The translations under genes and the position numbers were made by a program. A DNA stretch of 64,000 nucleotides, from assembly GCA_021827405.1 (NCBI GenBank), contig JAKAVY010000001.1, positions 16,861-80,860 of the forward strand. The letters run 5' to 3'. Shown here piece after piece: positions 1-9,979 of this stretch. Source of the stretch: Thermoplasmata archaeon. GTDB lineage: Archaea > Thermoplasmatota > Thermoplasmata > Lutacidiplasmatales > UBA184. The notes beneath the pieces are model-generated. The model was given only the letters and a program-made list of their open reading frames with translations. It was not told the DNA's origin and did not search any database. Numbering within the stretch: the first letter of the stretch is position 1; each line of letters starts with the position of its first letter.

Positions 1-1
1 C

Positions 2-364
2 GCCGGTGAGCGGGAGTACTGCGTTGACCCGGCGGGCGGAGTGCTGGGACTCTTGGGCAAGGGCTGGGCCCTCCCGCTCATGGGCGTCCTCGGGAACCGT
101 CCGGCCAGCCGGTTCAGCGAATTGCAAGACGCCGTACGCGGCATCGGAGGGAAGGTGCTGTCGGCTCGCCTTCGGGAGCTTATCGACCTGGGCCTGGTCA
201 CGCGCAAGGTCTACGCGGAGGTGCCCGCTCGGGTCGAGTACCGACTTACCGAGGCGGGGCTACAACTCCGGGAAGCCCTGATCCCGCTACTTGCGTGGGC
301 GACGGTCCATCCTGCTCCCTCCCGCCCACGCCGGGGATCGGATCCGGCCCTCAGACAGGGGTGA
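2..364 (+). CDS. HxlR-family winged-helix transcriptional regulator, 5' end truncated by the window edge
   Basis: The frame is open from nt 2. Translation (A)GEREYCVDPAGGVLGLLGKGWALPLMGVL...RFSELQDAVRGIGGKVLSARLRELIDLGLVTRKVY...VEYRLTEAG matches the HxlR signature (C-x-V...G-KW...RF-EL...I..K.L...LreLe..GLV.R..y...P.rveY.LT..G). Confidence 0.8.
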   Translation, partial: AGEREYCVDPAGGVLGLLGKGWALPLMGVLGNRPASRFSELQDAVRGIGGKVLSARLRELIDLGLVTRKVYAEVPARVEYRLTEAGLQLREALIPLLAWATVHPAPSRPRRGSDPALRQG

Positions 365-1046
365 CTCCCCGACGAGGGGGCGGCTCGGGGGCCACGTCCT
401 CTCCTTCTTCGTCCGCCAAGGTCGCACCGGGGGCGGGCTGTCGACGCCGGGCTCGGACCCCGGACCCTGGGCTTGAGCTTCTTGGCCCAGCCCGGGAAGC
501 GAGCACCACGAGGCCTGGGGCCCTCCCCCTGACGGCGTCTGGGCCCGACCCGTTTCGAACCGGGGTCAATCCTGGGCAGGGTCCCAAAGCCGATCCCCGA
601 CGGATCTTGCTCTTCAGACCACGAGAAGAGAGGCGGAGGGTGATCCCAAAGGACAAGGAGGGCGAAGAACCAGGACCCCCGGGGGAACTCAGGGACGGGG
701 CTTAGGCGGTCCGCGACGAAGGTTGTGACCGTCGGCCGAGTCAAGACACCAGCGCGGAGGACGCCTTCGAAGGTGTGGCTGGGCAGGGTCGAGCGGGATG
801 AGCGGTCGAACGACGCGCGTCTCAGTGTAGCCCGGTGGAGGCCTCCGGCCCCCGGATGACGATCCTGCTCACAACCGGACGGCCGCCCTTCATCGAGAGG
901 GGGCGACCTGTCGATGCCGCACGGGGGAAGCCCGGTTGATTGAGGTTCGGAGGTCTCACGGGGAGGAACGGGTCGCCGCCCGGGAAATCCGGACAACAGG
1001 ACCATCCGCCAACCTGCTCTGGTCTTGGAGCCGACCATTGGCGGGG

Positions 1047-1628
1047 CTACCCATCCCCCCTCGTCGCGGGCACTTGTGTTCCCTCTGGTCCTTCCCGCGA
1101 AGCGCGTTCCCATGCGCAAGCCAGTTGATGCAGGGGGACCCAGAGGAGGATGACGGCACCGACCTCGACCCCAGTCACAGCGATGTTCAGGGCGCCGGTG
1201 AGCCCTCCTGCCAGGGCCCCCCCGGCCAGGCCGACGGCGATGGCTGGAGCCACCGATCCGCAACAGCCGACGAAAGCCGCCGGGATGCCTGACAAGGCCA
1301 CCCCCGCCGCGGCGGCCCTACGTGCTCCGCGACTGGGAGGGGGGGCGCAGGTGCCTTCCTCTGCGCAATAGGAGCGGGAGGAAAGGAACAAGGAGAACAT
1401 GACCCCCATCGAGAGGGAGAACGACACCTGGCTTGTGGAGAGGTCGGCGCCGATGCCGATCACCCTGTCCACCAGCGCGAAGAACATGACGTAGGCAAGG
1501 GCGATTGCCGCGAGCAAGAACAGGAACGTCGCTAGATGGGTTCGCGAGGAGAGGACCTTGACCAAGAAGACGGGTTCTGGGAAGCGATGTCTATGGAAGG
1601 ACCCAGTGGGCGAGGCCCCAGACGTCAT
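1047..1628 (-). CDS. Cysteine-rich polytopic membrane protein, MerT-like (copy A): vicinal Cys-Cys in a TM helix plus a CxxxxxC loop
   Basis: 193-aa ORF with several hydrophobic helices, a glycine-zipper TM segment (GLAGGALAGGLTGALNIAVTG), the motif FVGCCGSVAPAI and SYCAEEGTCAPP (C-x5-C). MerT transporters carry CC-x-GP-x-V in TM1 and a C-x5-C cytoplasmic loop. Confidence 0.35.
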   Translation of the reverse strand: MTSGASPTGSFHRHRFPEPVFLVKVLSSRTHLATFLFLLAAIALAYVMFFALVDRVIGIGADLSTSQVSFSLSMGVMFSLFLSSRSYCAEEGTCAPPPSRGARRAAAAGVALSGIPAAFVGCCGSVAPAIAVGLAGGALAGGLTGALNIAVTGVEVGAVILLWVPLHQLACAWERASREGPEGTQVPATRGDG

Positions 1629-1630
1629 GG

Positions 1631-2245
1631 TCAGGCTCGTGGGTGGTCCCCAGCCGGGTCAGAAGGATTCTCGTCGGTCTCCGTGCAGCCACACTCCGAC
1701 CCGTCCTGTGGGAAGGGGGTGCCCGGGGCCAACACCCGTCGGGAAGCTACCCGGAGCGAGACCCAGAGCACGAGGAGAGCCGCGGCGTAGAGAACGGGCT
1801 CATACGTTCCCACGTAGTACTGCAAGGTGGGAGACAAGGTAGAGAGGGTCGTCCCGGTGACGAAGACCGAGAGGAGAAGAGGAACGGCCGGGCCGCAGCA
1901 CAGCGCGTTCGGCAACAGGGCGATGACGACACCCGCTAGGCCCTTGTGAGCCCCCTTCACGGGTCTGGCGCAGGACGGGTTTCTCCAAAGGAACACGTTC
2001 ACGAGCACCGTTGCGGGGAGCAGGACAGACATCCCGGCCACGAGGACCCACTGGGCCGGGGTCACAAACCGTAACCACTCCCAACGGAGGGAGCCTATGA
2101 CTAGCGCCGGGAGGAGAAGGGCGTAGAGCACGCCCACGGCCAGGCCGAGGACGGGGAAGGACAGGGCATAGACCGGTCGGCCCAGCACACGTCTGAGGGC
2201 AGCAACCTCTGGCCACCACCCGGATGACCCTCGGAGCCCGGTCAT
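1631..2245 (-). CDS. Cysteine-rich polytopic membrane protein, MerT-like (copy B), in tandem with copy A and in a different frame
   Basis: 204-aa ORF with 5-6 hydrophobic helices and the motif NALCCGPAVPLLLSVF, which closely resembles MerT TM1 (SACCLGPLVL). The C-terminal ECGC is followed by an acidic tail. It is directly upstream of copy A (1047..1628). Confidence 0.35.
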   Translation of the reverse strand: MTGLRGSSGWWPEVAALRRVLGRPVYALSFPVLGLAVGVLYALLLPALVIGSLRWEWLRFVTPAQWVLVAGMSVLLPATVLVNVFLWRNPSCARPVKGAHKGLAGVVIALLPNALCCGPAVPLLLSVFVTGTTLSTLSPTLQYYVGTYEPVLYAAALLVLWVSLRVASRRVLAPGTPFPQDGSECGCTETDENPSDPAGDHPRA

Positions 2246-3672
2246 TGGCCGCTCGCCGTCTGGAAGACAGCGACCTGGTTACCCGAAAGCCCTTGGGCCC
2301 CCAGCGAGGTACCCTCCAGGTTGACCCTACGGTAGAGGTCCAGGTCATGGAAGGGATCGAAGATGTCGGTTCCGCTAAGGTCAGACGTCTTAGGGACCCA
2401 GGCCGCCTGCGACAAGAACCCGCTCGGTAAGGCAAGGGTGCTCAGGCCGGGTCCCGGCTGACCCAGGCTGTCCTTCGGCCGCTCCTCGAGAAGGGCCAAA
2501 CCACCCCCGGGACACTGGCCGCAGGACTGTCCGGTAAAGGGGCTCGGGCTCTGGGAACCTGAAGACCACACGGTGGCCACGGACCAGACCAAGACCGGAT
2601 GCCCCGGAAGGGAGGCCAGGTCGCAGGAACCTCTGCCAAGAAGGCGGAGGGGGAAACTTGGGGGGTTACTCCCCCCTAGGGGGACCGGGGTCGCAGGTAG
2701 CCCGAGGACCGTATCTGAATTGCAGCGGGCCCCCCTGACTCCCTCGACGGCACCCGGAAGGAGCCCCCGTGTCCACCAGAGGCCGGGTGTGTGCGGCGTC
2801 GGGAACAAGGTGGCCTCCTGTCCTTCCACGCCCTTGATCTCGGCCCTCATACACAGCGAGCCTTCTGGGCAGGGAAGAACGAGAGAGACCTCGCCCCGAA
2901 GGGGATCCGCGTGGGAGAGCGCCGGCAGCCCAGTCGTGGAGGTCTCCTTCCCGACAGGCCGGCCCGGTCCGAACCAGGGACCCTCTCCGCTGCGGGCGAG
3001 CCGACGCGGGCCGGCTTGCCGGTCCGACACCCCCGGGAGAGCGAGGGGGAACGCGTCGTCCCTGCCACAGGAACGCTCTCTGCCCGACGGAATGCCCTGA
3101 AAGCCGCGGCGCGCGTTCGGGACGCGGCCCGGCAGCGGAGGCCCACGAGGTACATCAATGGGCCGAAATGCCTTGGCCCACCGTCCGGAAGGCTCGCGTC
3201 CCGCCGCCGGCAAAGCTGCGGTGTGGCCATGCCTTATCCTTACCGGCCCGGCCCATATGACCCTGCGCGTTACCTCTGGGAACCTGGTAGCTATCGAGGT
3301 ATCTGCCATCCTTTCCTCTCCCCCTTCTCTCTTTCGAAATCTACACTCCGCAGTGCGGCCAGGTTCTCCATCCTCATTCCGGTCTCTCACCGGGTCGCGC
3401 GGGTCTAGACTCTGGGGCCCCATCGTCTCATCCGGTTCGCGATGGGAAGGCCCGAAGAGCGAGCGATTCGTGCTCGGCGACGAGGGCCGCCGGAGCCAGC
3501 CCTCCGCCCCACCCATAAGCTCGGTATCATCCTTCGGGGTCCGCCCTCAGGGCCATACTCCCGTGGCCTCACCCTGGGGACACAATCGGAGGCCGGCATC
3601 CGATGGGTCCGGGTCCCGGCCGAAGCCCAGGCCCCAGGGTCTCGTGGGGAGCCGATCCGTCCCAGCGAGATC

Positions 3673-5718
3673 TCACCAGAGGGGCTCGGGAGCGTCAGCC
3701 CGGGAAGGGGACCCCGAGGGCCCGGGGAACGCTTTGTCGAAGCCGGGGTGATAAACGGCGGGCAGGGAACCCCGGAAGCGCCCCAGGGCGTGGGGGTCGA
3801 TGGCCACGCGCCGACGTATCTCCGGTTCCCGGATGCTCTGTCTCCAGATCTGGGAGTAGGCCAGGAAGAAGCGCTGTTCCGGAAGCAGCCCGTCGAGGGC
3901 CTGACGGCGGGAGGGGTCCGCGTCCAGCCGCCGCTGGAGGGCCTCGAACGCCAGGCTCACCCCTCCGAAGTCCGCGATGTTCTCCCCCAGCGTGAGCTCT
4001 CCGTTCACGGGGAGCCCCGGCAGGGCTTGCTGGGAGGAATAGAGCCTCACCAACCCTGCCGCCCGACGCTGGAACTCCTCGGCGTCCCTCGGCGTCCACC
4101 AGTCCCTCAGGTTGCCCTCGGCGTCATAGCGGCGGCCCTGGTCGTCGTAGCCGTGGGTGATCTCGTGTCCGATCACCACCCCGATCGCCCCGTAGTTCAC
4201 CGCGTCGTCCAGACCCGGGTCGAAGAAGGGGGGCTGTAGGATCCCCGCGGGGAAGACGATCTCGTTCTCGCTGGGATTGAAGTAGGCGTCCACGGTCGGA
4301 GGGCTCATCCCCCACTCCTCCCGATCCACCGGCGCCCCCACGCGGTGGCTTTGCCGGAGGACCTCGAACTGGGAGGCGCGGAGCACGTTCCCCAGGTAAT
4401 CCTCCCGGTCCAGCCGGATCGGGGAGTAGTCACGGTAGTGGGAAGGGTGGCCGATCTTCACCCGAAAGCGCGCGAACTTCGCGAGCGCCTTCTCCCGGGT
4501 CTCGGGAGTCATCCAGGGCAGCCGACGGAGGCGCTCCCGGAACACCTCGCGAAGGTCCTCGACCAGAACCGCCATCCGGCGGCTGGCCTCGGCCGGGAAG
4601 TGTCGTTCGACGTAGAGCTGGCCCAAGGCTTCTCCCAGGAGCCCGTCCACCACCCGGGTCGCCCGCTGCCACCGGGGCTCGGGCTCGACCTGCCCGAGCA
4701 GCGTCCGGTGGAAGAACGCGAAGTTCTCCTCCTCAAAAGCCCGGTGGAGGTAAGGGGCGCTGGCATGCAAGACCTGCCATCGAAGGTAGTCCTTCCACTC
4801 CTCCAGGGGGGCCTCGGAGAGCAGCCGTGTGGTCTCGGCGAAGAACTCCGGTTGTCCGACCACCGCGTAGGAGGAGGGGGCGGCCTCGATACGGGAAAGG
4901 TAGCGGACCCAATGATGAGGGGGGTACTCCGCCTCCAGCCGGTCCAGGGAGAAGGGATGGTAGTTCTTCTCCTCGTCCCGGAGGTCCGTGCGGCTGCGAC
5001 TTACCTTCGCCAACTGGCTCTCGAGGGCCAGGACGGTGCTGGCTCCTGTCGTGGCCCGGGCCTCCGGGAACCCTGCGAGGGCCAGCATGCGCGCCACATG
5101 GGCCCGGTACTTCTGCCGCACCTCCCCGAAACTGTCCGAAAGGTAGTACTCCCGGTCCGGGAGGGAGAGCCCCCCCTGGCTCAGGTAGAGCGCATAGTGG
5201 GCACTGTCCTTCTTGTCCGCCTCGGAATACACCCCGAACAGGCCGGGGAAACCTACCCGGTGCAGTTCGGCCAAGCAGCCCGGGATCTCTTCGTTGGACC
5301 GGAGCTCGTCGATGCGCCCCAGCCATGGCGTGAGGGAGGACAGGCCCCGGGCCTCGAGCTGGTCGACGTCCATCGCCGAGGCGAAAAGGTCACCGACCAA
5401 ACGGCGCGGGGAGCCGGGAGACGCCTCCCCATCGGAGGCGGCCTCCTCCAGGATCTGGCGCAGAAGATGAAAGTTCCAATCCTGGAGCTCTCGGAAAGCG
5501 CCCCATTCCGCCTTGTCCTCGGGGACCGGATGGGTCCTCAACCAGTTCCCGTTGGCGTACCGATAGAAGTCCGCGCGGGGGTCCACGCTTGGGTCGAGGT
5601 ACTCGGTCGAGAAGCGGGGCCTTTCCGGCACACGGGAGGACATCCGGGGTGCGGCAGGGTTCGCCATCGTGGACCCAACCCCGCACGGCCTTCGCCTATT
5701 ATAGCCTGGTCCCGCCAA
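3673..5718 (-). CDS. M13-family zinc metallopeptidase (PepO / endothelin-converting-enzyme-like). The start may be an internal Met (MANPAAP or MSSRV).
   Basis: HEITH zinc-binding motif (VIGHEITHGYDDQG), ENIADFGG motif, N-terminal YANGNW and a length of about 660-680 aa are typical of peptidase M13. No signal peptide or TM segment is visible. Confidence 0.85.
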   Translation of the reverse strand: MAGPGYNRRRPCGVGSTMANPAAPRMSSRVPERPRFSTEYLDPSVDPRADFYRYANGNWLRTHPVPEDKAEWGAFRELQDWNFHLLRQILEEAASDGEASPGSPRRLVGDLFASAMDVDQLEARGLSSLTPWLGRIDELRSNEEIPGCLAELHRVGFPGLFGVYSEADKKDSAHYALYLSQGGLSLPDREYYLSDSFGEVRQKYRAHVARMLALAGFPEARATTGASTVLALESQLAKVSRSRTDLRDEEKNYHPFSLDRLEAEYPPHHWVRYLSRIEAAPSSYAVVGQPEFFAETTRLLSEAPLEEWKDYLRWQVLHASAPYLHRAFEEENFAFFHRTLLGQVEPEPRWQRATRVVDGLLGEALGQLYVERHFPAEASRRMAVLVEDLREVFRERLRRLPWMTPETREKALAKFARFRVKIGHPSHYRDYSPIRLDREDYLGNVLRASQFEVLRQSHRVGAPVDREEWGMSPPTVDAYFNPSENEIVFPAGILQPPFFDPGLDDAVNYGAIGVVIGHEITHGYDDQGRRYDAEGNLRDWWTPRDAEEFQRRAAGLVRLYSSQQALPGLPVNGELTLGENIADFGGVSLAFEALQRRLDADPSRRQALDGLLPEQRFFLAYSQIWRQSIREPEIRRRVAIDPHALGRFRGSLPAVYHPGFDKAFPGPSGSPSRADAPEPLW

Positions 5719-5751
5719 AGCCCCCGGGTTCCCTGCCCCCGGCGGTCCGGT

Positions 5752-7428
5752 TCACGCGGGAATCCCGTCCCTCGCTCGCAGATAATCCTCCAGGGCCCTT
5801 CGGCCGGCCAGGATCGCCTGGCGGATGTCGTACTGGGCCCGCCCCTCCTCCGAGAACGCTCCCGGGCCGGGGGCCCCAGAGGAGAAGGTGACCCCGAGAC
5901 GGACGACCTCCGACCGGAAGGCATGCGCGCGTACCGGGTCCAACCCGGAGAGGCTGCGTTCGGTGAGCACTATCCGCTGGTCCCGGGCCAGTTCCAGCGC
6001 CTCGTCCAGGTGTGCGTAGACCGGGGAGTCCACCACCGAGGGACGAAGCCGACGAAGGTCAGCATAGGTACGGTCGGGGCGGCAATCCACCCCCTCCCCG
6101 TCGTAGGGGGAGCCCAACCGGACGGAAACCCCTCGTCGATGGAGGACGACCTCGTAGTAGTGGACCAGCTTCAGGAACTCGTCTCGCTTGGGGCCGACGG
6201 GAATGTCCAACAGCTGTCCTCCGAGGGCTTCTCGGGCCTCGTAGAGGGTCACCGAGGCGCCCGCCAGCGATGCCCGCAGGGCGGCCTCGAGACCCTTGAT
6301 GCCGCCTCCCACGATCACGAGGGGGCCCTCGATGCGCAGGGGAAGTGGGCGATCGCCCTCGTGCCCAGTGTCCGGATTGACCGTACAGCGGACCTCCCCC
6401 CAACGGAGGTCCCGGCAGGCCTGGTTGCACCGGATGCACGGCCGGATGCCCTCCGGGTCGTGCAGGACCTTCCAGGCGAAGTTCGGGTCGGCCAGCATGG
6501 CCCTTCCCACCGAGACGAAGTCGACCTTCTCGAGGACCGCTTCCACCCCGCTTGCGTCCAGCACCGATCCCACCAGCATGGTGGGGAGCGCCGGCCGACG
6601 CGGAAGCCTCCGCAGGATATGGAGCGGCGGGTAGCCGAAGGAGGCGGAGGATCCCGGGGGGGCGAAGCGGCCGGCGGAGAAGTGCACGTAGTCCAGGCCC
6701 TTCAACCGCTCGGCCACCGTCACCCCGTACTCGGGGGGATAGCCATCCGGTTCGTCCTCGTAGAGGCTCAGCCGGATGCCCAGGGGGAGGCCGGCCTCCT
6801 CCCGGACCGCCTGGAGGACCTCTTGGACGAACCGAAGGCGGTTCTCCAAGGAACCGCCATACCGGTCCTGCCGCTGGTTCAAGGCGGGGGAGAGGAATTC
6901 GTGGAGCAGGTAGGCGTGGGCGGCATGGACCTCCAGCCCGTCGAAGTTCGAGAGGGCCCCGACTCTCGCCGCCCGGCGAAAGCTCTCCACCACCTGGTCC
7001 AGGTCTTCGGCGGCCATTTCTCGGGGCCTCTGTCCCCCGTAGTCCACTGCGCTCGGCGCCATGGGGCCCCGGGCGTTCGTGGGCAGCGTCGCCTTCCCCC
7101 CGGCGTGGACCAGCTGTAGGAAGACCGCAGAGCCCGCCTCGTGGATCGCCTCGGTGAGCCGCCGAAGCTTCGGGACGAGGTCCTCCCGGTGTGCACCCAG
7201 CTCGTTCCTCGATCCCCGGCTGTTGAGCCCGTCCACGTAGGTATACTCCGTGAGGATGAGACCGGCCCCTCCCCGGGCGCGGGCGGCCAGGTACGCGATG
7301 TGGGCCTCGTCGGTGGCCCCGGTCTCCTGCGCGAGATTGGAGATCATGGGAGCCATCGCGATCCGGTTCTTTACTTCCAAGTCCCCGATCCTCCCCGGCA
7401 AGGATGCTCTCATGGCCTCCCCTCCCAC
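5752..7428 (-). CDS. Old-Yellow-Enzyme-type FMN oxidoreductase fused to an FAD/NAD(P)-binding domain; 2,4-dienoyl-CoA reductase (FadH)-like
   Basis: N-terminal OYE TIM-barrel (KNRIAMAPM...HAGGKA, VHAAHAYLLHEFLSP). A Cys cluster CIRCNQACRDLRWGEVRCTVNP matches the 4Fe-4S motif of FadH. The C-terminal Rossmann segment reads VIVGGGIKGLEAALRASLAGASVTLYE. Confidence 0.8.
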   Translation of the reverse strand: MGGEAMRASLPGRIGDLEVKNRIAMAPMISNLAQETGATDEAHIAYLAARARGGAGLILTEYTYVDGLNSRGSRNELGAHREDLVPKLRRLTEAIHEAGSAVFLQLVHAGGKATLPTNARGPMAPSAVDYGGQRPREMAAEDLDQVVESFRRAARVGALSNFDGLEVHAAHAYLLHEFLSPALNQRQDRYGGSLENRLRFVQEVLQAVREEAGLPLGIRLSLYEDEPDGYPPEYGVTVAERLKGLDYVHFSAGRFAPPGSSASFGYPPLHILRRLPRRPALPTMLVGSVLDASGVEAVLEKVDFVSVGRAMLADPNFAWKVLHDPEGIRPCIRCNQACRDLRWGEVRCTVNPDTGHEGDRPLPLRIEGPLVIVGGGIKGLEAALRASLAGASVTLYEAREALGGQLLDIPVGPKRDEFLKLVHYYEVVLHRRGVSVRLGSPYDGEGVDCRPDRTYADLRRLRPSVVDSPVYAHLDEALELARDQRIVLTERSLSGLDPVRAHAFRSEVVRLGVTFSSGAPGPGAFSEEGRAQYDIRQAILAGRRALEDYLRARDGIPA

Positions 7429-7612
7429 GCCCCCCTAGCCGGGGGCCGCTAAGAGACTGCGGCCCGACCGAGTGGACAGCTCCTGAGGGTCTGACCCCCT
7501 TCCGGGCCGGCGCTACGGGAGGGTACCGGAGGCCCTCCAGGGGACCCGAAACCTCGTGGTCCCCGCCTGGGACCCGGGAGGTTAAGCCGCGTCGCGGGGT
7601 GGCGGGAGGGCG

Positions 7613-8776
7613 ATGACGGCCACGGGCTCGTGCCTCAAAGGACTCCAATGCCGTGGATGCGGAGCGGAAATGGGGGCGGACGCACCGGTAGGCACCTGTC
7701 CCTCTTGCGGGGGCGCGCTCTTCGCCACCTACGACCTGGGCTCCCTCGATGCCCGGCGTTGGTGGAGGAGCCTGCCCGCCCGCCCGGGTCACTTGTGGCG
7801 CTTCCGGGAACTCCTTCCGGTACGGGACGATTCCCACCTGGTGACCCTGGGAGAGGGCGGGTCGGCAATCCTCGATATGGGTCGGCTTCCCGATACCGGC
7901 GACCTTCGGCTTCTCCTCAAGGACGACGGCGGATTGCCCACGGGTTCCTTCAAGGCCCGGGGAATGGCGGTGGCGGTCTCCCGGGCACGAGAGCTGGGGC
8001 TGTCCTCGCTCTTTGTCCCGAGCGCCGGGAACGCCGGAGTGGCCTTGGCCGCCTATGCCGCAAGGGCCCGGATGAAGGCCCGGATCTACCTTCCCGAGAC
8101 CACACCGGGCCCCATGCAGAGGGCCTGCGCCTGCTACGGGGCCGGCGTGATCACGGTCCAGGGCACCATCCGTGACGCGGGCGAACGCGCGCGGCGGGAG
8201 GAGACCGGCCAGGGCTCCTTCGATGTCTCCACCCTCCGTGAGCCGTACCGGGCCGAAGGCAAGAAGACCATGGGGCTCGAGATCGTTCAGGCCCTGGGGG
8301 CCGAGGGCATGCCCGACGCCGTGGTCTATCCCGCCGGTGGGGGGACAGGCCTGGTCGGCATGCACCTGGCCTTCGAGCAGCTCACTTCCCTGGGGCTTAT
8401 AAAGCGGGTTCCCCGTCTCCTGGCGGTCCAGCCCGAAGGCTGTGCGCCCTTGGTACGAGCCCTACGGGACGGGACGGCCCGCGTCACCCCATGGGAATCC
8501 CCGCACACCCTTGCCCCCGGCTTGCTCGTTCCCGCTCCGTTCTGCTCGGAGCGGGTGTTGGAAGCGGTCCGGGCGACCCGGGGTGGCGGGACGACGGTGA
8601 GCGACGCGGCGATTCTCGCCGCGGTGGAGGCTTTGGGCCGGGATTACGGCGTCTCGGTCTCCCCGGAAGGGGCGGCGCCCTTCGCGGCGCTCCCCGCGTT
8701 GCTCCAGGAGGGTCTGCTCCGGCCCGGAGAGCGCGTCCTCCTCTACAACACCGGTTCCGGCATCCCGTTCTTGTGA
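7613..8776 (+). CDS. thrC: Threonine synthase (PLP-dependent, fold type II) with an N-terminal Cys4 zinc ribbon
   Basis: N-terminal CRGCGAE...CPSCGG zinc ribbon, PLP-lysine region SFKARGMAV and a Gly-rich PLP loop AGGGTG. The 387-aa length is typical of archaeal and thermophile ThrC. Confidence 0.8.
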   Translation: MTATGSCLKGLQCRGCGAEMGADAPVGTCPSCGGALFATYDLGSLDARRWWRSLPARPGHLWRFRELLPVRDDSHLVTLGEGGSAILDMGRLPDTGDLRLLLKDDGGLPTGSFKARGMAVAVSRARELGLSSLFVPSAGNAGVALAAYAARARMKARIYLPETTPGPMQRACACYGAGVITVQGTIRDAGERARREETGQGSFDVSTLREPYRAEGKKTMGLEIVQALGAEGMPDAVVYPAGGGTGLVGMHLAFEQLTSLGLIKRVPRLLAVQPEGCAPLVRALRDGTARVTPWESPHTLAPGLLVPAPFCSERVLEAVRATRGGGTTVSDAAILAAVEALGRDYGVSVSPEGAAPFAALPALLQEGLLRPGERVLLYNTGSGIPFL

Positions 8777-8843
8777 CCGACCGGTCCGACGCCCACGACC
8801 CAGGGGACCACGGCCTTCTACGGGGGCTCCGACCCCCTTCCTC

Positions 8844-9464
8844 TCAGAGGTTCACCAGGCCCGCGGCGAGTGAGGCCATGACGAAGATCAACCCCACCTG
8901 AAAGATCGCCTGCAACCCGGACAGTCGTGCATTGAGCAACCCCCAGCGGCCGATGCGCTGGACGTTCGGCCGTTCCTTCCGGAGCTCGAGAACGATCCGG
9001 ATCTCGTTGGGGAGGAAGATCCCCAACCCCTGGATCAACAGCAGGACCACGAGGATCCCGGCCACTTGGATCGCCAGGTAATGCAGATCAAAGATGCCTA
9101 CGGAGATCGCCAGATAGATGCCGGCGGTGATGGTCACCGAGGCCAGCGTCGGCATCAGGAAGAGCATGGTAGGGACGAGGCTCTGGACGAATTGGGCCCG
9201 GGCCGCCGGGGGCATCCTTCCCATGATCGGGCCGATCACCAGTCCCATGAAGATGTCAATCCCCGTCCACAAGGCTCCGGACATGACATGAACGTAGTCG
9301 AGGAACACCCCCTGGACCTGGAGCGCCACCAACAAGGCGCCCACCGGGATGAAGACCAAGGGGAGCGCCCGCCAGGTGACGATCCGGGGAGCCCCGGGGG
9401 TCGCACTCGCAGGGGTCTGGAGAGGGAACGGAGCCTCCCGCCCTAGGACCGCCGGTGACCCCAC
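8844..9464 (-). CDS. Hypothetical integral membrane protein (about 5 TM helices)
   Basis: 206-aa ORF with hydrophobic segments throughout and varied, plausible amino-acid composition. No recognisable catalytic motif. Confidence 0.45.
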   Translation of the reverse strand: MGSPAVLGREAPFPLQTPASATPGAPRIVTWRALPLVFIPVGALLVALQVQGVFLDYVHVMSGALWTGIDIFMGLVIGPIMGRMPPAARAQFVQSLVPTMLFLMPTLASVTITAGIYLAISVGIFDLHYLAIQVAGILVVLLLIQGLGIFLPNEIRIVLELRKERPNVQRIGRWGLLNARLSGLQAIFQVGLIFVMASLAAGLVNL

Positions 9465-9592
9465 GCTCGGCGGGAGCGCCGCCTCCCACTAAAACCTGCC
9501 GCCCCGCCCACCTTCCCGTTGGCCTGGCCACGACATGTCCCCCACAACGCTCGGCCCTCTGGCTTAAACGGGACGCTGGCCTCCATCCTGTC

Positions 9593-9979
9593 ATGGTTGA
9601 AAGTCCCCCGCTCCTCCGGAAGCTCACGCCGGCGGAGGAACGGGTCATCCTCCACAAGGGGACCGAGCGACCCTTCTCCGGGGAGTACGAGAGGCACTTC
9701 CAGGCGGGGACCTACGCGTGCAAGCGCTGCGGACAACCCCTCTACCGCTCCGACAGCAAGTTCGACGCCCATTGCGGGTGGCCGAGCTTCGATGAGGAGA
9801 TCCCGGGAAGCGTCCGTCGCCTGCCTGACCCGGATGGCTCCCGCACCGAGATCCAGTGCGCCCGGTGCGGGGCCCACCTAGGACATGTCTTCCTCGGAGA
9901 AGGCTTCACATCCAAGGATGCCCGTCACTGCGTGAATTCCATCTCCCTCACCTTCACCCCGGCAGCGGGCCCACGCTGA
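9593..9979 (+). CDS. msrB: Peptide-methionine (R)-S-oxide reductase MsrB
   Basis: ATG at 9593 gives a 128-aa protein. It has two CxxC pairs ([20 protein letters not shown]), the catalytic motif HCVNS and a GWPSF motif, which define the SelR/MsrB family. Confidence 0.85.
   Translation: MVESPPLLRKLTPAEERVILHKGTERPFSGEYERHFQAGTYACKRCGQPLYRSDSKFDAHCGWPSFDEEIPGSVRRLPDPDGSRTEIQCARCGAHLGHVFLGEGFTSKDARHCVNSISLTFTPAAGPR

Noticed and set aside
540-580. GGTTCGAAAC / T-loop-like motif suggesting a tRNA on the minus strand
   Set aside because: No consistent 5-bp T-stem, acceptor stem or anticodon arm could be folded by eye around the motif. It is probably chance in GC-rich DNA. tRNAscan-SE would settle it.
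2742-2768. CCCGGAAGGAGC motif resembling SRP RNA helix 8 / weak RNase P CR-V-like GGGAGAGCGCC at about 2905
   Set aside because: The matches are short and GC-rich, and the flanking helices could not be confirmed manually. They were kept only as a low-confidence hint inside the non-coding-region finding, not called as a feature.
2242-3516. 424-aa minus-strand ORF and several 175-265-aa +-strand ORFs in the 2.2-3.7 kb region
   Set aside because: All have junk-like P/G/R/S-rich composition without TM segments or motifs. The region is better explained as non-coding (see the finding on a possible ncRNA).
6059-8365. 768-aa minus-strand ORF, the longest in the window
   Set aside because: Its composition is P/G/R/A-dominated, which is typical of an off-frame reading of high-GC coding DNA. 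It runs antisense/out of frame across the OYE reductase and thrC genes, both of which have clear homology in their own frames.
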